IMG/VR virus record: IMGVR_UViG_3300014913_000004
Location: 1-37,683 of that record
Origin: a virus
Length of the DNA: 37,683 bases
Strand: one strand, 5' to 3'
Shown piece by piece: positions 30,745-37,683 of this stretch. The notes under the pieces are model-generated. The model saw only the letters and a list, made by a program, of their open reading frames with translations, ran no database searches and had not been told where the DNA came from. The first letter of the stretch is position 1. Each line of letters begins with the position of its first letter. The position numbers and the translations under genes were made by a program.

Positions 30745-33700
30745 ATGGCACAATGTCAAGCTGGCTGGTCATGGAGCAAAGAACTCGGACGGTGTATAAA
30801 GGTTCGGACGAAGTCTGAAACCGTGCCTGTTCCAAAAGCTGTACCAAGAAGTCCTCGAACTGGAACTGGATTTACCAGTGACGGAATTGAAATTGTTAAA
30901 AACGAAGACGCTGGGGATATCTCAGAAAGATTTGGTGCGACCTCAAAGGTTCGTGGTGAACCATTGGCAGGTTCGAGAAGCGGAACACAAAAAATACTCG
31001 CAAACCAAGGAATGACTGGGTTTCGAGATGTTACTGGAACTGGTGTTTTGGCAAAAGGAACTGAAAACCTGCGAGATAAAAAGGGGTTCGCATTTCTTCA
31101 AGACCCAGCACCTTCTCAAGGTGAGAACGAGGATGCGAAAGATTTTGCTGTTCGTGAGGCACGCTGGGAGGCAAGCCAAGCAATAAAACAAGCAAACGCA
31201 GTTGCAAAATCCACTGAGCAAATCAGGGGAGATGTGGAATCTCGACAGAGAACTGATACCGAGGCTCTTTTTCGACAGAAAGGAAAAATTGGTGGGCTTG
31301 GAACGGTTACAAACCCTGCTTACACGGCTCTTACAACAGAGCAAAAACGGCTTAATGCAGGACTTCCTGAAGACCAACAAATTAAAGAAACTATTGAAAT
31401 TTCTGAAAAAGATTTAACGGCAGAGCAGATTGCAGCAATGAATGCTGGCACGAATGTTCGGATTACCGACGAACAGAGGCAAGCAAAATTTACTGCTGCT
31501 GCGGGAAGGGAAACCTTCACAGATCCCGAAACTGGAAAAACCGTAAAAGGAAACATTGAAGCAAACCTATTCCGAGTAAAAGATTTGCTCGGTGCTGAGG
31601 CTGGAGATAAGCTTGATATTCGAGAAGACGGAAGTTACTTTCTCCGAGACGAAGAAGGAGAGGAAGTTGACCCAGTTTTGAGAGCTGAATTAAAGGTGCA
31701 AAAAGAAGCTGACGACGCACGAGACACGCTGAATGAGGCTTACCGTGTTACAACAGATAGAATTAAAAGCCAGCACTCAACTGACGACGGAAATCTTACC
31801 GATCAGGGGGTAACGGAAATGCAAAAAGCCCAAAAGGAGTACAATAAAAATTCTGAGAAGCTTGAAGAGAAAATTGACGACGCTCTTGATGAAACAATCA
31901 GGTCTGAAAAGAATCGGCAAATACAGGTTGATACTGCAATCGAGGCTTCTAAGGCTGGCAAAAAGGCTCTTTCTTTTGCGGAAGAGGTTTCAAAATCGAA
32001 AGTAAATCGATTGAACGAATTAAAGGCACAGGGGAAGAGCGACATGGTGGCTCTTGCTCAAGTGGAGAGAGAGTATGCACAAATGAAGGACGACCCACAA
32101 AAAATTGAACTGAACGAATTTATAAGCGGTCTCGACGAAAGTGGTGTTGAAATTGACGACCAATTCGGTGCTGTTTATGCGAAAGCAGGAAACGACACAA
32201 AGGCTGCTTACGACGCAATGAAAACACGCTACGGTGAATTTGAAGCAAAGAGGCTTCAAAGCGACTTCCTAAAAAAGAACGGCTGGAGCGAGAAACAAGT
32301 TGAGAGAAAGGATATTAAGGCAACCATAAATGATTTCTGGACTGGGCAAGTGGTCGATCCAGATGCGGTTGGTAATTTCATGGAGCAGCTTGAAGATTTG
32401 GGCTACTCTGATTCTTTCAAGAAAAAACAGCTTAACGCAATGATAATCAGCCCTACGCTGAACAATGCCGTTAAAGACGAAGCAAGGGCAATCCTTGAAG
32501 AAGATTTTGACGGAGGAGGTGGTGCTGGGGATTTAACATTTGAACAACAGCTCAATATTCCTTCCATTGGTAGAATGCTCTACGGAGCGAGAATTTCTGA
32601 CAAGGAAACAGAGCGAGTTCAAAATATTGTTACCGCTCCCGAAGCAGCAGGGCTTGACCGTTTTGGATTAATTCAAAGAATTCTCGGATTCAATGTTAAG
32701 GAAAATGTTGAACTTGGAGAGGCTTTGATGAACCAAATTATTGCAGTTTCCCCTGAAGAAGGACTTGCTTCCTTCGACATGCTTGGGCTGGCAAAGCTCT
32801 TAAATAGCGGAAATACTGACGGTGCTGTAAGAAAGGTTGAAAACTTTTCCAACGCATTGGCAAGAAAAACTGAAGGTGAAAATTTTGTAAGCGAAGCGTT
32901 TGTTGCTGCAAATGTTAGAAAATACAACAAAGTTGAGCGAGAGCTTGAAGACTTTGGAGCAACATTTGGACTTGGTCCGATTACTGGTACACTTTCAAAC
33001 TGGTTCGGAAGAGCGAAAGAAAGTGAACAAAAGAAAATAGGGGCAATGATGAATTCTGCCGTTGCCAAAATGAGAAACGAATTGCTTGGTTCTGCTGTAA
33101 CACCAGCGGAAGAACGGTTCTTGGAAGATGTTTTACCAAAGGCTACTGATACACCATCGCAAATTGTGGCAAAATTGGACAACTTGAAAGAAAACGCACT
33201 CATTGAATTGAATTCCATGCGAGAAATTTATGGAATGCCAACTATTTCAGAAGAGGCTCTGCTCGATAAAGGCTTGAAAAAAGACCTCTATACAATTACA
33301 AAAACAACTCCTGAAGGGGCTACTGCAACGGCAGCAACAACAGGGGGTGACCTTTTCGCACTCACGGTTTCAAATGAAGGAAACCCAACCTCTCACAATT
33401 TAGACAAGGGGCTTGATGGCGGTGAATTCCAAAGCCATGGTTCTTTCCAAATGAACAGAGGAACGGCAAGCTCTTTCGCTAGCTGGCTTGGCTTTGAAAA
33501 CACAGACCCAGAAAGCCCAGAGTTTGCACGAGAATGGGACGAAAAATCTTCAGATCCAGATTTTATAAAGAATGAGCAGGCTTTCATTAAGCGTACTCAC
33601 TTCGACCCACAAATAGCAAAACTAACTGAGGCGAAATACCCACAGGGTTTAATAAATGATATGAGGTTTCAGCAAATGGTGATGGATGTTGCCGTGAATG

Positions 33701-33882
33701 CTGGAGCTGGAACAGACCTTATTATTACAGCCTTGAGAGGGAAAAAGATACGCTCCGTTGACGACGCATTAAGGCTCATAACGGAAGAACGGAAGAAACG
33801 AATTAAAGGACACGAATTTGAGACAGGACTGAATGATAGATTTGAAAAAACTTTAAGCTCACTTTCTAGCAACAAAATATAA
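30745..33882 (+). CDS. 1045-aa helical ejection / tape-measure-like protein with a C-terminal lysozyme-like domain
   Basis: Long coiled-coil-rich body. C-terminal SNEGNPTSHNLDKGLDGGEFQSHGSFQMNRGTASSF resembles the E...D.G...S.G.FQ catalytic region of lysozyme-like glycosidases (weak). Confidence 0.4.
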   Translation: MAQCQAGWSWSKELGRCIKVRTKSETVPVPKAVPRSPRTGTGFTSDGIEIVKNEDAGDISERFGATSKVRGEPLAGSRSGTQKILANQGMTGFRDVTGTGVLAKGTENLRDKKGFAFLQDPAPSQGENEDAKDFAVREARWEASQAIKQANAVAKSTEQIRGDVESRQRTDTEALFRQKGKIGGLGTVTNPAYTALTTEQKRLNAGLPEDQQIKETIEISEKDLTAEQIAAMNAGTNVRITDEQRQAKFTAAAGRETFTDPETGKTVKGNIEANLFRVKDLLGAEAGDKLDIREDGSYFLRDEEGEEVDPVLRAELKVQKEADDARDTLNEAYRVTTDRIKSQHSTDDGNLTDQGVTEMQKAQKEYNKNSEKLEEKIDDALDETIRSEKNRQIQVDTAIEASKAGKKALSFAEEVSKSKVNRLNELKAQGKSDMVALAQVEREYAQMKDDPQKIELNEFISGLDESGVEIDDQFGAVYAKAGNDTKAAYDAMKTRYGEFEAKRLQSDFLKKNGWSEKQVERKDIKATINDFWTGQVVDPDAVGNFMEQLEDLGYSDSFKKKQLNAMIISPTLNNAVKDEARAILEEDFDGGGGAGDLTFEQQLNIPSIGRMLYGARISDKETERVQNIVTAPEAAGLDRFGLIQRILGFNVKENVELGEALMNQIIAVSPEEGLASFDMLGLAKLLNSGNTDGAVRKVENFSNALARKTEGENFVSEAFVAANVRKYNKVERELEDFGATFGLGPITGTLSNWFGRAKESEQKKIGAMMNSAVAKMRNELLGSAVTPAEERFLEDVLPKATDTPSQIVAKLDNLKENALIELNSMREIYGMPTISEEALLDKGLKKDLYTITKTTPEGATATAATTGGDLFALTVSNEGNPTSHNLDKGLDGGEFQSHGSFQMNRGTASSFASWLGFENTDPESPEFAREWDEKSSDPDFIKNEQAFIKRTHFDPQIAKLTEAKYPQGLINDMRFQQMVMDVAVNAGAGTDLIITALRGKKIRSVDDALRLITEERKKRIKGHEFETGLNDRFEKTLSSLSSNKI

Positions 33883-35615
33883 TGACCTTACTAAATCCAG
33901 AAGACATCAATTTCCAGCCAGAGGTAGAAAACCGAAAAATTAGCGAATTCGATTCAATTTCCTCTGAAATAACTGGCGAATCAGTAGAAGCCCCAGTAGC
34001 ACCAATAGGAGGTGCTGAGGCAGACTTCTCAGAGTTCACGGAAGATGTAAAAGAAACCGTTGAGCCTTCACCCGATGTGCCAGATTTCTCAGAATTTCCA
34101 GCAGGCGAGGGGGCTGACTTTACAGAATTTGAAGCAGACCAAGTCAATCAGGAATCGGCAATTAGCCGAGATTTAGAGAGAAATGGAATTCCTCAGGAGG
34201 GTGAGCCTTCTTTTTTGGAGCAAAGAGTGAGATCACGGGGTGGTAAGTTTGTTGAAGCCCTGAAAAGAGGGTTTCCTGAAGGAGGAACACCACGAGAAAT
34301 ATTGAGCTTTTTGGCAAAATCAACAATGCCCCTTCCTCTTCAAGTTGACCCGACAAAGCTGGGGAAAGAAACACCAGCAGAAACGGCAATACAGGCGGGA
34401 GGACAGGTTGCAGGACTTGTTGGAGATATTGCATTTAAAACAATTTCAGACATAGCTGGAGCAGCTTTGCCAGAAGATTTAAAACAAGCGTTCGGTGTTG
34501 TTGGTGGTGAGGTTGCGGAAACTGAAACATTCCAATCTGCTATTGCTGCATTGGAATCAAGCCTTGAGGACTGGGAAAAATTTGCGGAGAAAAACCCAAG
34601 AATTGCAGGAAATGTAGAAGGTCTTATAGGGCTTTCTGAGGTAGTACCAGTTGCAGAAATGAGCATTGGAACACTAAATTTGTTCAAGAAATCCGCTCCT
34701 AAATTTATGGAGTTATTGAAAAAAAGCCCACGAGCAGCAAAGGAACTTGTTGATGACGCAAAAGTAGTTCCTGAGTTTGCTGAAATGGCTGCCGAACAAA
34801 GAGCATTGGATCTTGAGAAGCGAATTGGAACACGAAAGGGTAAGAGGGTTCAGGAGAAAATCAAAGAGCCAGAAACGGCTCGAACAGCCAGAGAAGCACT
34901 TGGACAGGGTAGAGTAGATCCTGCGAAGAGAGGTTTTTGGCAAAAAGTTATTGGCGGGAAAAAGGGAAAGATTATCCCAACAGAAGAAGTTGACCGAGCC
35001 ACAGATGTAATTCTCCGTGATATTGCGAAACCAGATACGAGTAACCCACAAAAGTTATTCAACCAAGTGAAGGATACTGGAATACAAAAAGCAAAAAAAC
35101 TGAAACCAAAATTGCAAAAAATACCAGTCGACGATACTGCTAGAGGGCAAATTGACGACGCAATAAAGATAATGGAGGAAGAGGTTTTGAAAGATGAAAG
35201 GGTGTTTTCCCTCCTCTCTGGGAAAGAGAAAAAGGCAATTACTCGTTATGTAGAGGATTTGAAGAATGCCAAAAATCTCGATGAAATTTGGGAGGCGAGA
35301 ACAAAATATGACCGCTCTGTTCCAAAGAACACGAAACAGGCAACAGACCTTTCTGATTCAACTCTTCAGGACAGGCAAACTGCTTGGCTTGATAGCCGAA
35401 GGCACGGAAATAAAATATTAAAAGAAGCAACAGAGGGGCTTGAAGATATTTCTATTGTTGATGATTTCGCCGACATGAGTTCTCTTTTCGAGGTTCGGCA
35501 AAATATGATTCAGAGAGCACCTGAGCTGTTAAAACCAGAAAAAGGTATCTTTACAAGAAAGAACCTTATAAAAGCGGGGCTTGGTGCTGGTGGTGCTAAG
35601 CTGATCTTCGACTAG
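33882..35615 (+). CDS. 577-aa virion (internal/ejection?) protein
   Basis: Acidic N-terminus with three DF(S/T)EF motifs. Position only. Confidence 0.35.
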   Translation: MTLLNPEDINFQPEVENRKISEFDSISSEITGESVEAPVAPIGGAEADFSEFTEDVKETVEPSPDVPDFSEFPAGEGADFTEFEADQVNQESAISRDLERNGIPQEGEPSFLEQRVRSRGGKFVEALKRGFPEGGTPREILSFLAKSTMPLPLQVDPTKLGKETPAETAIQAGGQVAGLVGDIAFKTISDIAGAALPEDLKQAFGVVGGEVAETETFQSAIAALESSLEDWEKFAEKNPRIAGNVEGLIGLSEVVPVAEMSIGTLNLFKKSAPKFMELLKKSPRAAKELVDDAKVVPEFAEMAAEQRALDLEKRIGTRKGKRVQEKIKEPETARTAREALGQGRVDPAKRGFWQKVIGGKKGKIIPTEEVDRATDVILRDIAKPDTSNPQKLFNQVKDTGIQKAKKLKPKLQKIPVDDTARGQIDDAIKIMEEEVLKDERVFSLLSGKEKKAITRYVEDLKNAKNLDEIWEARTKYDRSVPKNTKQATDLSDSTLQDRQTAWLDSRRHGNKILKEATEGLEDISIVDDFADMSSLFEVRQNMIQRAPELLKPEKGIFTRKNLIKAGLGAGGAKLIFD

Positions 35616-35711
35616 CAAAATCAACCGCTGCAAAGATGAAAACAAGCAGAATAAAAAATGCAAAATACTTCATAGAGAGAACCTAACTAAAAACTTGAAA
35701 AAAGTCAAACA

Positions 35712-36461
35712 ATGAATACAACATTTGAAGCCAGCTTCGTAACAACAGGTACTCCGACCATTAAAATTTATAGAGTGGTTGGAGAAAAATATACGCTGGT
35801 AAAATCGGACACAATGAAGGCTACCCCTGTTACAGGGAAATACGCATACGAGTACAAGGAGATCAACCAGCTCCAAGACTATTCTGCGAGAATGGTGTTA
35901 GACGGAGAAATTGTTGACGGAGTTTATAATGGAATTTTTAGCACAATACTCGCTCGGACGGTGGAGAGAGGCGGTAGCGGTGGTGGTGTTTATAAAATGA
36001 CAAAAGAAGAGCTTGAGCGGATCGTTTCAGAAATGACTCACTTGCTGCAAAAGAGCCTTAACGGTATTGAGATAGAACTTCCAGATGGGATAGGGGAAGA
36101 AGAGATTTTAAACGCTGTAAAGCGTATTGAGACAGTTGGGAAAGAAAGTTTTAGAAAGATTGGGTTGGCTTCAGAAAAACAGGCACAGCTTATTGAAAAA
36201 CTTTCTCTCCAAATGGATGTTGAGAAGGGGGATTTTAAATCAGTTGTTGAAAAAATTGATAACATTATTTCTTCACAGGAAACGCTTTCTGGTGAACTGA
36301 AGACGGCTATTCTTTCGGAAATGCTATCGATTACAGAAGGGAAGGAAGGTAAATTTAAAAAGTTTGCAGAATTGCTCGGTGCTTTTAGAACGGAGCAAAT
36401 GAAAGAAGCGAAGAATTTTGCCAAACTTTTGGGGGCATTCCGTAACGAATTAAAACAATGA
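35712..36461 (+). CDS. 249-aa virion protein with a C-terminal helical repeat
   Basis: FAELLGAFRTEQ / FAKLLGAFRNEL duplication at the C-terminus. Confidence 0.35.
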   Translation: MNTTFEASFVTTGTPTIKIYRVVGEKYTLVKSDTMKATPVTGKYAYEYKEINQLQDYSARMVLDGEIVDGVYNGIFSTILARTVERGGSGGGVYKMTKEELERIVSEMTHLLQKSLNGIEIELPDGIGEEEILNAVKRIETVGKESFRKIGLASEKQAQLIEKLSLQMDVEKGDFKSVVEKIDNIISSQETLSGELKTAILSEMLSITEGKEGKFKKFAELLGAFRTEQMKEAKNFAKLLGAFRNELKQ

Positions 36462-37321
36462 TAGTAAAAGGAGTTGTTGGAAGCGTTGATATAAGTCCTT
36501 TGGCTACAAAGGATAATCAAACAAATGGCGACCAAAAAACGCAGATTGTGGACAGCAACGGCGACACATGGAATTTAGAGCAAAATGGGGCGATGCCAGT
36601 AAATATTCAAGACCAGCACTCAAGAGCCTTGGATTTGAGATTTATTAAAGCTAATGCAGCACCTACTACATTATCTGTTGCTGCTTCCGAAGGAGACCTT
36701 TCTGTAACAGTTACATCAACTGCGGGATTTGTTGATGGTGCTAGTATCGCTATTTTTACTCCTGATGGAGATTTTTATTTTGGTGAACAGGTTGGAGATG
36801 TCGCTGGAAATGTGGTAACGCTGGACACCCCAATAGATACAGACTACCCGATAGGTTCTTCTGCTTTGGCAGCAAATCATCACATGAATGTTGATGGCTC
36901 AGGAACAACGCAGATATTCCAAATTGGACCTGTTGGTGGTGAAACAGGGGTAGAAATCGACATCACGAGGATAATGGGGAATATTTCAAACGGTACTGCA
37001 ATGGACGATGGTACTTTTGCGGGATTAGACCCATTGCCAAATGGTGTTGTTCTTAGGGTGAACAACGGAATAATGACAAATATTTGGAATGTAAAAACCA
37101 ACGGAGCACTTGGATTACTTTGTTTTGATGCTGCCTATACTACGAAAGCACCAGCAGGAGAGAATGGGTTTCGCTTTAGAAATACTTATGCTGGGCAGAG
37201 TAAGCACGGTGTTACGCTGAGGCTTGAGGCTGGCGACATTTTAGAAGTGCTTATCCAAGACGACTTAACCGACTTAACGGACTTCCAAATGATGGCTCAG
37301 GGACATGTTGTCACAGACTAA
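36458..37321 (+). CDS. 287-aa beta-rich virion protein
   Basis: ATGA overlap upstream. Function unknown. Confidence 0.35.
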   Translation: MIVKGVVGSVDISPLATKDNQTNGDQKTQIVDSNGDTWNLEQNGAMPVNIQDQHSRALDLRFIKANAAPTTLSVAASEGDLSVTVTSTAGFVDGASIAIFTPDGDFYFGEQVGDVAGNVVTLDTPIDTDYPIGSSALAANHHMNVDGSGTTQIFQIGPVGGETGVEIDITRIMGNISNGTAMDDGTFAGLDPLPNGVVLRVNNGIMTNIWNVKTNGALGLLCFDAAYTTKAPAGENGFRFRNTYAGQSKHGVTLRLEAGDILEVLIQDDLTDLTDFQMMAQGHVVTD

Positions 37322-37363
37322 TTTATTTGCTTAATCGGCACTCTCCGTGCCATAATATAAACA

Positions 37364-37540
37364 ATGAATACTCCCGAACTTAATACGGAGAAAACAGAAG
37401 AAATTGGCACAGGGGAAAGTGTGCAAAAAAAAGATAATAGTGAAAAATTCCTAGAGCAACAAGCAGCGATAGGTCGCCTTCAGAAGGCAGGAATAGACAA
37501 AGCCCTGAATGGCAATTATCACTTAAAAAACACCAAATGA
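37364..37540 (+). CDS. 58-aa hypothetical protein
   Basis: MNTPELNTEKTEEIGTGESVQKKDNSEKFLEQQAAIGRLQKAGIDKALNGNYHLKNTK. ATGA overlap with the wrap-around gene. Below the track cutoff. Confidence 0.4.
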   Translation: MNTPELNTEKTEEIGTGESVQKKDNSEKFLEQQAAIGRLQKAGIDKALNGNYHLKNTK

Positions 37541-37683
37541 AGGAATTGAAAGACAGAATCGTAAGGCTCTCGCTGGGAACTATTGTATTGGTAGCAATAT
37601 CAATAACAGGATCTCTCACATGGGTAGCCAGAAGTGCTTGGGAGGCTTCGAGGGAGAAGTCCGAACTCGTACACAGAATTGAA
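37537..37683 (+). CDS. 5' part of a wrap-around gene: N-terminal TM anchor plus coiled-coil protein (about 109 aa when circularised); lysis-associated by position only
   Basis: ATG at 37537 overlaps the upstream stop (ATGA). The frame runs through the repeat into 1..306. Product begins MKELKDRIVRLSLGTIVLVAISITGSLTWVA (hydrophobic helix), followed by a heptad-like charged region. Confidence 0.6.
   Translation, partial: MKELKDRIVRLSLGTIVLVAISITGSLTWVARSAWEASREKSELVHRIE
37561..37683. repeat. Terminal direct repeat, copy 2 (identical to 1-123)
   Basis: Same 123 nt as 1-123. Implies a circular or permuted genome of 37,560 bp unique sequence. Confidence 0.95.

Noticed and set aside
32673-33218. 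181-aa minus-strand ORF, with similar antisense ORFs at 30943-31380 and 36038-36535
   Set aside because: They are fully nested antisense to long, well-supported structural genes, with Ser/Phe-rich composition typical of antisense frames.
35695-35711. TTGAAA as a -35 element for the 35712 gene
   Set aside because: It lies only 11 nt from the ATG, which leaves no room for a spacer, -10 element and leader.
1-37683. Integrase, excisionase or partition genes indicating a temperate lifestyle
   Set aside because: No tyrosine or serine recombinase or ParA/ParB motifs were seen in any ORF. Absence by eye is not proof.

Overview
The window is a complete, circularly closed tailed-phage genome (Caudoviricetes). 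The first 123 nt are repeated exactly at 37561-37683, so the unique length is 37,560 bp. The repeat falls inside a gene, which points to an assembly overlap of a circular or permuted genome.

Layout:
- Lysis cassette across the junction (37364 through 1451): small ORF, TM plus coiled-coil protein, basic 58-aa ORF, two-TM holin-like protein, papain-like cysteine peptidase.
- A DUF559/Vsr-like nuclease, convergent with a leftward four-gene block (1885-3930): DPPY DNA methyltransferase, 77-aa ORF, winged-helix protein, T5orf172/GIY-YIG-like protein.
- Back-to-back divergent promoters at 4028-4091.
- A long rightward early/middle region (4113-17024). It carries a Cro-like HTH, an odd cassette with a Gly-Ser/Asp/Tyr hexamer-repeat gene, and ERF plus YqaJ-type exonuclease. 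It also has RNase H, HNH, a three-gene secreted-protein island (3D domain, lipoprotein, HExxH peptidase), a chain of tiny membrane ORFs running into a peptide deformylase, and an MmcB-like nuclease.
- Packaging and structural genes (17168-37321): putative TerS, TerL, portal, scaffold, major capsid, tail/adaptor proteins, a Gly-rich protein, a beta-propeller plus Fn3-repeat fibre, a 1045-aa ejection/tape-measure-like protein with a lysozyme-like C-terminus, and further virion proteins.

I recognised no integrase, DNA polymerase, tRNA or CRISPR array. Many real-looking genes are under 60 aa, so they are absent from the ORF track; they are linked by ATGA or TAATG start/stop overlaps.

All functional calls come from motifs read by eye. 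No database search was possible.
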